DNA of 60,679 nucleotides from a virus (Duplodnaviria; Caudoviricetes): IMG/VR virus record IMGVR_UViG_3300032214_001145, positions 1 to 60,679 of that record; one strand, 5' to 3'. Shown piece by piece: positions 29,932 to 39,495 of this stretch (position 1 is its first letter; each line of letters starts with the position of its first letter). The notes under the pieces were generated by a model. It saw only the letters and a program-made list of their open reading frames with translations, ran no database searches and was not told where the DNA came from. The position numbers and the translations under genes were made by a program.

Positions 29932-30500
29932 TTTATACAATAATTGCTGAGGGTAGAAGTGGTAGTCAGAATTTATTACACTGGCTTTCAATTGCTTTAC
30001 CAAACTTTGAAGCAATTCATGAACCTTTTAACGCAGCAGAAACAAGATATACACAAGATATTAGTGGAAACGATCTTTCATGGATAAGTCCCGGTAAAAA
30101 TTATGTAATAAAAGAACTTTGGCATACTAAGAGAAATTTTACTCCTCTAATTGAAAAAAGTGATAAAATAATCTGTTTATACCGAGAAAATTGGTTCGAA
30201 CAGGTTAGTTCTTTATTATATGCGTTTAAAACAAACAAATGGCACTCAAAATATAGTGTTGAAAGATTAAAAGAAACCATTTCTGAAGAGGAGATATTAG
30301 ATTATTACGAAAATATACAGAAAGGTATTAAAGAAAAATTCCAAATATTCATCAAAGAACAGGGTTTAAAGTCACTGACTTATGAAGATCTTTATCAAGG
30401 ACAGGGCATTTATGATATTAAAGACCATTTTAATATTGAAACCACCCATATCTTCCCATTTAGCGGGCGTTACTTAACTAAAGACAATCCGCTAATATAA
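29928..30500 (+). CDS. Sulfotransferase (Stf0-like P-loop fold)
   Basis: GRSGSQNL, HEPFN, LYREN..Q.SS, TYEDL; ends NPLI. Confidence 0.7.
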   Translation: MIYTIIAEGRSGSQNLLHWLSIALPNFEAIHEPFNAAETRYTQDISGNDLSWISPGKNYVIKELWHTKRNFTPLIEKSDKIICLYRENWFEQVSSLLYAFKTNKWHSKYSVERLKETISEEEILDYYENIQKGIKEKFQIFIKEQGLKSLTYEDLYQGQGIYDIKDHFNIETTHIFPFSGRYLTKDNPLI

Positions 30501-30554
30501 TTCAGCCATAATATGAACTCCAAAGTATTTATCTAAGTATAATAACACATTTAG

Positions 30555-33500
30555 ATGAATATATTTGATCCACACATATCGGGCTCCCTATCAGTATCTG
30601 GTTCGGGGGAAATTTCAGGCGATTTAACGGTACTTGGTACGTTGTTTGCAACAATTTCCGGTACCTCACAAAACGCCGTTTCAGCTTCACATGCTGCAAT
30701 GTATCTATTAACCTCTAGTTTCCAGACATTTACTGGTTCATATACTACTGGGGCGTTTACCGGGTCATTTAAGGGCGATGGTGCTGGTTTATACAATATC
30801 CCAGCTAGTGGGGTTACGGGACTTAATTTAACAAGAATTGCTGATGGTAGTGCGACTGCGTCTATTTCAAGTGCAGACGGTTTAAGAATTAATACAAATA
30901 CCGAAATAACTGGTACATTAAAAGTTAACAACTTTAACTTAGGTGGTAATGATATTGTTGAAATTACCCTTACAGATGGTGGTGGAAAATATTATGTTAA
31001 CGGTGTTAAAAATCCAAGGTTATCGTTTATTAGAGGATTTAAATATAGATTCTATTTTGATAATAACAATGTTCACCCATTACTTTTTTCTTTAACCAAC
31101 GATGGGGAACATAATGGTGGAACAGTATATACTACAGGGGTAACAACTGGGTCAACTCCATCATTTTACGTTCAGATCGATGTTACAGATGCTACTGCAT
31201 CAACTTTATATTATTTCTGTGACCATCACGTTGGAATGGGTAATTCAATTTCAGTATATTCTGATTTTTTAAATGCACAATCTAGTGTTAACCTTACTAA
31301 CGTAGACACGGGAATGTTTGCCACAACCGGATCAAACAACTTTACAAATATTCAAAGAACAAGTGGCTCATTAGTTGTAACCGGATCTGTAGATGTCACA
31401 GGGTCAATTAATCTTTTTGGTACCGCTAATATAAGTGGGTCAATAATGTTAAATGGTCAAGCAATTGGTACTGGAAAGTTAGATGAAACAACATTTAATT
31501 CATATACCTCTTCAAATGATGGTAGGTTATTTGCAATTGAAAATTCTACATCGTCATATAACACATTTACCAGCTCAATAGATACCAGAATTAAGAATGA
31601 GATGAACGAAGAAAACGTTATCTCTGGATCAATTCAAGTTATATTAACTGGAACCACAGGTTATTCGACATTCAGTTCAAGTGTGTCAACAAGTGTTGGT
31701 GCATTAAGTTCTAGTATTGAAACAACCACATCCGGCCTTAGTTCATCTATAGGTTCTTTAAGTTCATCAGTTGCAACTACAACTAGTGGTTTAACTTTAT
31801 CTATAAGTTCTTTAAGTTCATCGGTAGCTACAACTACATCTGGGCTAAGTTCTAGTATTGGAACAATATCTTCATCATTTAGTTCTACTAATGATACTCA
31901 AAATGGTAGACTAGGCACTATTGAAACTTCTACAGGTAGTTTAAATACATTTACTAGTTCAATAGACACCACAATTAAAAACAAATTAAACACTGAATCA
32001 GTAATATCTGGTAGTATTCAAGTTAATATTACTGGTACAACAGGATATAGTACATTTAGCTCAAGCGTGTCAACAAGTATCGGAGCATTAAGTTCTAGTA
32101 TTGAAACAACCACATCTGGATTAAGTTCAAGTGTTGGTAGTATATCATCTTCACTTAGTTCTACTAACGATACACAAAACAATAGATTAGGTAGTATCGA
32201 AACTTCAACTGGTAGTTTAAATTTATTCACCAGTTCAATTGATACAACAATTAAAAATAAACTTAATACAGAGTCAGTAGTATCTGGAAGTTCACAAATT
32301 TTAATTACCGGAACAACTGGTTATTCTACATTTAGTTCTAGTATATCAACAAGTATCGGCGCGTTAAGTTCCAGTGTTGGTACCGCTATTAATGGTTTAA
32401 GCTCTTCTGTTGCAACAACAACAAACGATTTAAGTTCAAGTATTGCTTTGACAACATCTGGGTTAACATTGTCTGTGAGTTCTTTAAGTTCTTCGGTGGC
32501 AACAACCACATCTGGATTAAATTCAAGTATCGGTAGTTTATCTTCTTCTGTTGCAACAGTAAATTTAAATCAAAATAATAGATTAGACTCCATTGAAGGA
32601 AAAACAGGTAGTTATGCAACTACTGGATCAAACATATTCCAAGGTAATCAAACAATTACTGGATCATTATATATTTCACAGGATTTAATAGTCGCTGGGT
32701 CGTCGTCAATACAACACATTAGTTCTTCTATAGTTAATATTGCCGATAACATCATTACAGTAAATGCTCAAAACCCAGCAGTAAGATTCGGTGGCCTTGC
32801 TGTTATCGATAGTGGATCTTCACCACAAGTATCCGGCTCGTTATTATTTGACGCCACCGAAAACGAATGGATATTTGTTCATCAAAATCAAACAGCGGTA
32901 ACCTCGGCTTTATTAATAATGGGGCCAGAAACATACAATGATATTGGTAATGAAATTCATTTAACAAATAACAGATTAGTTAAATCAACTATTGATGAAC
33001 ACGTTGGTGATAGTAATATCACCGATACTGGAACTAAGGTTTCAATCAATTCAAATACCGAAGTAACCGGAACACTAAAAGTAACGGGAGTTATCGGTAG
33101 CCCAACTATAACGGCAATTGAAACATCCACATCAAGTTTAAATACATTTACCTCATCGTTATTAACTGCAATAGAATTAACGGGATCAAACTTAACCGTT
33201 AGGGGTGACTTTTTAGTTAAAGGTACAACAACAAACGTTAATACAGCAACGCTTGATGTTGATAATAATTTAATAAATTTAAATGGTAGTGGCGCGACAT
33301 TTGCTGGATTAAGAGTTAAAGATACTACAGCACCAAGCCAAATATCGGGATCTTTATTATGGGATTCAGCAAATGATTATTGGATTGCTGGTCAATTAGG
33401 GTCAGAACAAAGAATAGTTAGAGAAACAGAATTTAATACAGCTGTTACAAGAATTGGTAACGTTGAAACCTCAACAGGTTCATTAAATTCATTCACATCT

Positions 33501-35282
33501 TCTATTAATACAACAATTAAAAACAAATTAAATAGTGACGGTGTTATAAGTGGTTCCGTTCAAGTGAATCATAACGCAACAACAAATTATGATGCAAATC
33601 AACACATTGATCACACGGCTATTTCAATATCTGCTGGTAGTGGTTTATCTGGTGGAGGTACAATAGCAGCAACAAGAACATTAACATTAGATACTGGATC
33701 TTCACATTTTACTAATGGAGTTAAAGCCAAAATGAACACAGATGGTGTTATATCTGGATCATCACAAGTACTATCAGGTACAGGCATATGGTCTGGATCT
33801 GCACAGTTACCATCAGGCGTGGTGTCAGGTTCATCTCAAGTATTAAGTGGAACTGGTATATGGTCCGGATCGGCACAACTACCTAGTGGGGTGGTATCTG
33901 GATCTTCACAAGTGTTAGCTGGGACAACGATTCACTCTGGTGCATTCTTTAATGGTATTAGTGTTGTGTCGGGCTCTGGGCAAATTTCATTCAATGGTAT
34001 AACAGATAAACCAACATTGGTTTCTGGCTCATCGCAAATTACTTTCTTAAGTATTAGTAGTATACCGTCTGGATTAGTTTCAGGTAGTTCACAAGTATTA
34101 TCGGGAACAGGTATATGGTCTGGTTCTGCTCAATTACCAAGTGGTGTTGTGTCGGGGTCTTCACAAATAACTTACGGTTCAATATCAGGAATACCGGGTG
34201 GTATTGTATCAGGTTCAAGTCAAATAACTTTTGGATCAATAAGTAGCATACCGTCAGGATTAGTATCAGGTTCAAGTCAAATAACGTTATCATCTACCAC
34301 TGGATATGGTTCGGTTTTAAATCAGGCGGTTTTAACAACAAGTGCTCCAACATTTGATCAAGTTATTACTAGTAACAATGGTAACGGAACAAACTTCCGT
34401 ATAGGAGATGACGTTTGGATTGGTGATATAAACGCAGCTAATACATTTAGAATACAAGGTGTACAAAATGCGGCTAATGCATATATAGTATTTGGTAATG
34501 GTGATGCAACTGCTCTTGGTAGAGCAAGCACAGGTGCATTAACATATGGTGGTAACACGGTTTATCATGCGGGTAATTTAACCAACCTTAATCAACTTAC
34601 TAACGGTCCCGGTTACATAACAGGTATTAACTCAAGCGCTGTAACAACGGCATTGGGTTACACTCCATATAACGCAACCAACCCAAATGGATATATCACT
34701 GGTATATCGTTTGCTAACGTCTCATCTAAACCTACAACAATTAGTGGTTATGGAATAACAGACGCAATCACAACGGGCAATATTGGTTCACAATCAGTAA
34801 GTTATGCGTCAACTGCAGGGTCTGCCGATCAAATTGATGGCATTGGAATCAGAAACACAAACACGGGCGCAGTTGCTGCCAATACATTAGATTCAAATGG
34901 TTTTACATATGTTACCGATGTTGATGGTAGTAGTAGTAACTTAACTGGTAACTCAACAGATGGCGCATTGTATTCTCAAATATATAGTTCAAGCTGGCAA
35001 CACCAAATATATGGTGATTATAGAACTGGTATCATGTATGTTAGAGGTAAGAATAGTGGTACTTGGCAATCTTGGAAGAGAGTTGCATTAAGTAGTGCAA
35101 CAACGTTCTCAAGTGTTACTAGTTTAACATTTACACATAACTTAGGTACTGCAAATTTAACTGCGCAGGTGTTTGATACAAACGGAGACATGTTTTTCCC
35201 TTCTAATATAAGAATATCATCAACACAAGTGATAGTAACTTTTGCATCATCTAGATCAGGAAGACTTGTAGTTACAGGATAA
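30555..35282 (+). CDS. Large Ser/Thr/Gly-rich virion fibre-like structural protein (1575 aa)
   Basis: Repetitive SGS/TGS beta motifs; fibre-like segments ALGYTPYN, KPTTISGYGITDA, MYVRG..GTWQSWK; C-terminal THNLGT. Confidence 0.7.
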   Translation: MNIFDPHISGSLSVSGSGEISGDLTVLGTLFATISGTSQNAVSASHAAMYLLTSSFQTFTGSYTTGAFTGSFKGDGAGLYNIPASGVTGLNLTRIADGSATASISSADGLRINTNTEITGTLKVNNFNLGGNDIVEITLTDGGGKYYVNGVKNPRLSFIRGFKYRFYFDNNNVHPLLFSLTNDGEHNGGTVYTTGVTTGSTPSFYVQIDVTDATASTLYYFCDHHVGMGNSISVYSDFLNAQSSVNLTNVDTGMFATTGSNNFTNIQRTSGSLVVTGSVDVTGSINLFGTANISGSIMLNGQAIGTGKLDETTFNSYTSSNDGRLFAIENSTSSYNTFTSSIDTRIKNEMNEENVISGSIQVILTGTTGYSTFSSSVSTSVGALSSSIETTTSGLSSSIGSLSSSVATTTSGLTLSISSLSSSVATTTSGLSSSIGTISSSFSSTNDTQNGRLGTIETSTGSLNTFTSSIDTTIKNKLNTESVISGSIQVNITGTTGYSTFSSSVSTSIGALSSSIETTTSGLSSSVGSISSSLSSTNDTQNNRLGSIETSTGSLNLFTSSIDTTIKNKLNTESVVSGSSQILITGTTGYSTFSSSISTSIGALSSSVGTAINGLSSSVATTTNDLSSSIALTTSGLTLSVSSLSSSVATTTSGLNSSIGSLSSSVATVNLNQNNRLDSIEGKTGSYATTGSNIFQGNQTITGSLYISQDLIVAGSSSIQHISSSIVNIADNIITVNAQNPAVRFGGLAVIDSGSSPQVSGSLLFDATENEWIFVHQNQTAVTSALLIMGPETYNDIGNEIHLTNNRLVKSTIDEHVGDSNITDTGTKVSINSNTEVTGTLKVTGVIGSPTITAIETSTSSLNTFTSSLLTAIELTGSNLTVRGDFLVKGTTTNVNTATLDVDNNLINLNGSGATFAGLRVKDTTAPSQISGSLLWDSANDYWIAGQLGSEQRIVRETEFNTAVTRIGNVETSTGSLNSFTSSINTTIKNKLNSDGVISGSVQVNHNATTNYDANQHIDHTAISISAGSGLSGGGTIAATRTLTLDTGSSHFTNGVKAKMNTDGVISGSSQVLSGTGIWSGSAQLPSGVVSGSSQVLSGTGIWSGSAQLPSGVVSGSSQVLAGTTIHSGAFFNGISVVSGSGQISFNGITDKPTLVSGSSQITFLSISSIPSGLVSGSSQVLSGTGIWSGSAQLPSGVVSGSSQITYGSISGIPGGIVSGSSQITFGSISSIPSGLVSGSSQITLSSTTGYGSVLNQAVLTTSAPTFDQVITSNNGNGTNFRIGDDVWIGDINAANTFRIQGVQNAANAYIVFGNGDATALGRASTGALTYGGNTVYHAGNLTNLNQLTNGPGYITGINSSAVTTALGYTPYNATNPNGYITGISFANVSSKPTTISGYGITDAITTGNIGSQSVSYASTAGSADQIDGIGIRNTNTGAVAANTLDSNGFTYVTDVDGSSSNLTGNSTDGALYSQIYSSSWQHQIYGDYRTGIMYVRGKNSGTWQSWKRVALSSATTFSSVTSLTFTHNLGTANLTAQVFDTNGDMFFPSNIRISSTQVIVTFASSRSGRLVVTG
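31581..32620 (+). repeat. Three imperfect long intragenic repeats (DTTIKNKLNTESVISGS.Q..ITGTTGYSTFSSS.STS.GALSSS...)
   Basis: Units start near 31581, 31965 and 32241, with a partial fourth near 33507. Confidence 0.8.
33740..34300 (+). repeat. Short tandem protein repeats (VSGSSQ / SGTGIWSGSAQLPSGV / ISSIPSGL)
   Basis: Visible in the translation; codons differ synonymously between copies. Confidence 0.8.
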
Positions 35283-35299
35283 AATCATTATATTAGATT

Positions 35300-36433
35300 A
35301 TGTTAAGAGAAAATGTTGAAGTAAGTGGTTCGTTAAACGTAAGTGGACAATATATCATACCTAGAGGGCCAAGAGCAAATAGACCAACTAGTCCCGATAT
35401 TGGTTCATTATATTTAGAAGAATCAAGTAGTGGGAGTTTTGTTGTAACATATACTGCGTCTTCAAACTATGATGCTGGATGGGAACCAGTTGGTTCACAA
35501 GATACTGATAGAACCGGTTTCAAATATAGACAAGTAATTAATTTTTCTTATTTAGCTGGCGGTTATAAAGACGCATCCCCTTGGAAAAATGTACATAGAA
35601 CAACAAACGCAACAGACCAAACGGTTCACTTAGGTGAGTTAATGGATTACCCAGCGTCTTATACTTCAGGCGCATGTAGCAAAAGTATTTTATTCGTTTG
35701 GTCAACAAATACTGACGGTGCCTGGAAATCTGCAACACAAATACATTCAACATGGACAACAGGTGTTCACATGGTCAATGAAACAGCATATGCACATCAA
35801 TCTAAATGGGATTTAGCAAATGCAAGAGACGATTTAGGAACTTTATTCCAGGAAACAGAATTTGCTTGGGTATTTGGTGGGGGAGTTGCAACAGTCGAGA
35901 AATTTAATTTGACCAATGAAACAATGTACAGCGTTTATTATCAAGCGGGTGCACCATACATTACAACAACAACATCTTTAACAAGTAGTTTAGGTGCATC
36001 AGGATTTTCAGACGAAAATTATGGTTATGGTTATGGATCTGAAAGCGGTAATAAATTATTCTTTGCTAACGATACATTCACAGCAAATCAACAATGGGGA
36101 GCTAGTGGTCAACAAAAGGGGATTAGTTCTAAAATTGGTAAGGGGTATGCTGGAAATGAGGGGACATACAATGGTGGTTACAACTTAAGAAGATGGAATG
36201 TTTTCACAGAAACCAATATAGGTAATGTTGCAAAACCACACGGCAACTGTGGCGAAGAAAATTTTACAATGGGTCAAGATCATCAATACATGTTAGGTAA
36301 TTATGACGGCCTTCAAAATAATACTAGTTGGAAATTTATATATTCGACAGACACAGGAACAGTTAATCCTAGCGGTTTAGCACCAGGAGTAAATGGAGGT
36401 ACTTCATCCGGGCATTGTGGATGGAGAGCATAA
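35300..36433 (+). CDS. Kelch-like beta-propeller protein, paralogue 1 (probable virion/fibre-associated)
   Basis: YLAGGY, WVFGGG, YMLGNY repeats; N-terminal ENVEVSGSL; ends SSGHCGWRA. Confidence 0.5.
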   Translation: MLRENVEVSGSLNVSGQYIIPRGPRANRPTSPDIGSLYLEESSSGSFVVTYTASSNYDAGWEPVGSQDTDRTGFKYRQVINFSYLAGGYKDASPWKNVHRTTNATDQTVHLGELMDYPASYTSGACSKSILFVWSTNTDGAWKSATQIHSTWTTGVHMVNETAYAHQSKWDLANARDDLGTLFQETEFAWVFGGGVATVEKFNLTNETMYSVYYQAGAPYITTTTSLTSSLGASGFSDENYGYGYGSESGNKLFFANDTFTANQQWGASGQQKGISSKIGKGYAGNEGTYNGGYNLRRWNVFTETNIGNVAKPHGNCGEENFTMGQDHQYMLGNYDGLQNNTSWKFIYSTDTGTVNPSGLAPGVNGGTSSGHCGWRA

Positions 36434-36451
36434 AAATTATATTTATTATAT

Positions 36452-37558
36452 ATGATACACGAAAATATTGAAATTAGCGGTTCTTTGAGAGGGCAAGGTG
36501 TAACAAAGCCACCAATAGGTACCAGAGCAAATAGACCAGGTAGTCCCCAAACAGGTTCTTTATATTTGGAACAAGCGACTAGTGGTAGTTTTTTAATGGT
36601 TTATGTTGGTGTAAGTAACAACGATAGTGGTTGGGTTAGAGTATCATCACAAGTAAATGCTAACGTTGGTTTTAAATTCAGACAGATAATTAGTGTGTCA
36701 TATCTTGCGGGAGGGTATAAAGATTCTTCCCCCTGGAAAAACGTTCACAAAACAATTAACTCCACTGATCAAACAACACATATTGGAGAGTTATTAGATT
36801 TCCCCGCTACATACACATCAGGGGCATGTAGTAAATATGTCTTTTTTGTCTGGTCAGTAAATGATGATGGTGCGTTTAAAGGACCTTCTTCGGTGCACAG
36901 TGTTAGAACGTCGGCGATTAATATGGCGAACGATACGAAATATGCTCATAACTCTAAATTTAATATTACCACACCTAGAAGTGATTTAGGTACCATGCAC
37001 AAAGAAACAGAAACGGCATATATGTTTACTGGTGGTAGTTCTACTGTTGAACGATTTGATTTAAGTACAGAAACAATATCAACCGGTTTTAATTTATCAA
37101 CAATTGATGGTAGTGATGGTGGTTCTGCATTTTCTGATGAAAACTTTGGTTATGGATGGACATCAAGTGCGGGTATTAAAATGAGTTTCGCAACAGAAAC
37201 AATTGCATCATCTACTCAATGGGGCGCACATTCACAACAAAAAGGTATTAGTTCTAAAGTTGGAAAGGGATATGCTGGAAACGAAGGTTCGTATAATGGT
37301 GGTTATAACCTTAGACGCTGGAGCAACGCTAATGACACTAACATTGGCAACGTATCAAAACCTCACCCTAACTGTGGTGAAGAGAACTTTACATTGGGAC
37401 AAGACCATCAATATATGTTAGGTAACTATGATGGAGCGCAAAATAATACGAGCTGGAAATTCTTTTATTCAACAGATACAGGAACAACCAGTGTGAGTGG
37501 ATTAAATCCGGGGGTAAACGCTGGAACATCATCAGGACACTGCGGATGGAGAGCATAA
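36452..37558 (+). CDS. Kelch-like beta-propeller protein, paralogue 2
   Basis: Collinear similarity to paralogues 1 and 3; ends SSGHCGWRA. Confidence 0.5.
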   Translation: MIHENIEISGSLRGQGVTKPPIGTRANRPGSPQTGSLYLEQATSGSFLMVYVGVSNNDSGWVRVSSQVNANVGFKFRQIISVSYLAGGYKDSSPWKNVHKTINSTDQTTHIGELLDFPATYTSGACSKYVFFVWSVNDDGAFKGPSSVHSVRTSAINMANDTKYAHNSKFNITTPRSDLGTMHKETETAYMFTGGSSTVERFDLSTETISTGFNLSTIDGSDGGSAFSDENFGYGWTSSAGIKMSFATETIASSTQWGAHSQQKGISSKVGKGYAGNEGSYNGGYNLRRWSNANDTNIGNVSKPHPNCGEENFTLGQDHQYMLGNYDGAQNNTSWKFFYSTDTGTTSVSGLNPGVNAGTSSGHCGWRA

Positions 37559-37572
37559 AAAATAATTAAGAT

Positions 37573-38682
37573 ATGATATACGAGAATTTAGAAGTTAGTG
37601 GTAGTTTAACATCAGACAGAGTTGTTAATAGACCACCTAGAGGTACCAGAGCAAATAGACCTGGTTCACCATTATCGGGCTCATTCTATTTGGAAGAGTC
37701 GACCAGCGGTAGTTTCTTAATGTTATATACTGGTGTATCGAACATAGACAACGGGTGGGAAAGAATTGCTGCACAAGAAACAATTCCAATTGCTTTTAAG
37801 TATAGACAAGTTTTAGCATACACATATTTGGCTGGAGGGTATAAAGATTCTTCACCATGGAGAAATGTCCATAAAACAACAAACTCAACAAGTCAAACAA
37901 CACACATTGGTGAATTGTTAGATTACCCAGTATCTTATACATCTGGCGCATGTAACAGAAATATATTATTTATTTGGTCAGTTAATGACGATAGCGCATG
38001 GAAAGGACCAGATAGTATTCATGGAACCAGAACATCTGCAATCAATATGTTTAATGACACAAATTATGCACATCAATCTAAATTTAATACAGGTATTGCC
38101 AGAAGTGATGTTGCCACTATGCAAAAAGAAACAGAGGCTGCCTATCTAATTTCAGGTGGTTCAACAACTATAGAAAAATTTAATCTATCAAATGAAAGTT
38201 TTGTTAGTGGTTTTGGTGTAACATCAATAAATGGTAATGATGGTGGTGCCGCATTCTTTGATGAAAGTTTTGGTTATGCCTGGACAAATAGTGGCGGTAT
38301 CAAGTTTAATTTCTCAAATGAAACACCATCATCATCAACACAATGGGGGGCGCACGCACAACAAAAAGGAATTAGCTCAAAAGTAGGAAAAGGATATGCT
38401 GGCAATGAGGGGTCTTATAATGGTGGTTACAACCTAAGAAGATGGAGTAATTCTACAGACACAAATCTTGGTAACGTTGCAAAGCCCCACCCAAATTGTG
38501 GAGAAGAAAACTTTGGAATGGGTCAAGATTGGCAATACATGTTAGGTAACTATGATGGGACAGGGCAAAACAACTCAAGCTGGCAATTAGTATATGCAAC
38601 AGATACTGGATCAAACGCAGTAACCGGATTGGCTCCAAGAGTTAATAATGGTACCTCATCAGGACACTGCGGTTGGAGATAA
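37573..38682 (+). CDS. Kelch-like beta-propeller protein, paralogue 3
   Basis: Collinear similarity; ends SSGHCGWR. Confidence 0.5.
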   Translation: MIYENLEVSGSLTSDRVVNRPPRGTRANRPGSPLSGSFYLEESTSGSFLMLYTGVSNIDNGWERIAAQETIPIAFKYRQVLAYTYLAGGYKDSSPWRNVHKTTNSTSQTTHIGELLDYPVSYTSGACNRNILFIWSVNDDSAWKGPDSIHGTRTSAINMFNDTNYAHQSKFNTGIARSDVATMQKETEAAYLISGGSTTIEKFNLSNESFVSGFGVTSINGNDGGAAFFDESFGYAWTNSGGIKFNFSNETPSSSTQWGAHAQQKGISSKVGKGYAGNEGSYNGGYNLRRWSNSTDTNLGNVAKPHPNCGEENFGMGQDWQYMLGNYDGTGQNNSSWQLVYATDTGSNAVTGLAPRVNNGTSSGHCGWR

Positions 38683-38685
38683 TAG

Positions 38686-38714
38686 TTGACTTTATGAAAA
38701 TTTTTAAGTATATT
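38686..38714 (+). promoter_or_regulatory. Host-sigma-type promoter TTGACT-N17-TATATT
   Basis: TTGACT 38686-38691 and TATATT 38709-38714. Confidence 0.75.
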
Positions 38715-38730
38715 AAATAAAAAAACAAAT

Positions 38731-39495
38731 ATGGAACAAGGTTACAAATATGACAGATCTAACTTTATCAATAATCCTTTTGATGAAAAATTAATGCAAA
38801 TATCTGAAAGCATGTCATTTGCGCTACCAAAATACAAAGCGTATAATTTCGTAGGCGGTGCACAAATAACTCCATACGCAAAATTGAAACAATGGTTATT
38901 AGAATTGAGAGGTAGAGAGGACGCTGTGGAACATTTGGAATATACTGTTAGAAAAGCTGAACTTGAAATTCAAATGGACGAAGAAAGTAAAGAATTTATT
39001 GCCGATGCAAAAAGAAAAGAAATGGTGGATCTAACAATAGCGGACAAACATGTTGATTTAAGAAAGTTCAAAAGAAACCTAAAAGATGCTTACAGAGAAA
39101 GACAAGGGTTTATTGATTTAATTAAAGAATTTTTGGAAACGGAGGATGCTATTCTTCCAGACGGAACTAGATTAATCGATGTGTTCGGTAATCCAGAATT
39201 AGAAGAAAAATATGAGCATGAGTATTGGACTATTCGTATGGCTAAACAAGCAATGCTTGACATGATTTCATATGGTAGAATTGGTACAGGTAATTTAGAT
39301 TCTATTCTTATGATGGACCCAGAACAGCAAAAGCAAGTGCTAACACTCGCATCAGCATATACCATTTCAATTGATAAAAACATTAATCAATTAATGTCAC
39401 ATGCAACAACAAATAATTTTACAATTGAAGAGTCATTAAAGAATCAATTAAAATTAACAGAACCAAATAAAACAGAAACAGAAAAATTATTATAA
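38731..39495 (+). CDS. Coiled-coil hypothetical protein
   Basis: Helical and charged; EYWTIRMAKQAMLDMISYGRIGTGNLDSI. Confidence 0.6.
   Translation: MEQGYKYDRSNFINNPFDEKLMQISESMSFALPKYKAYNFVGGAQITPYAKLKQWLLELRGREDAVEHLEYTVRKAELEIQMDEESKEFIADAKRKEMVDLTIADKHVDLRKFKRNLKDAYRERQGFIDLIKEFLETEDAILPDGTRLIDVFGNPELEEKYEHEYWTIRMAKQAMLDMISYGRIGTGNLDSILMMDPEQQKQVLTLASAYTISIDKNINQLMSHATTNNFTIEESLKNQLKLTEPNKTETEKLL

Noticed and set aside
31581-34300. Repeats in the fibre gene as a CRISPR array or DGR template/variable repeats
   Set aside because: The repeats are in frame with synonymous divergence; there are no spacers, no adenine-specific pattern and no reverse transcriptase in the window
35300-38682. Paralogue trio as an invertible or shufflon tail-fibre cassette
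   Set aside because: All three are complete, co-oriented genes with their own starts; no recombinase or inverted crossover sites were seen
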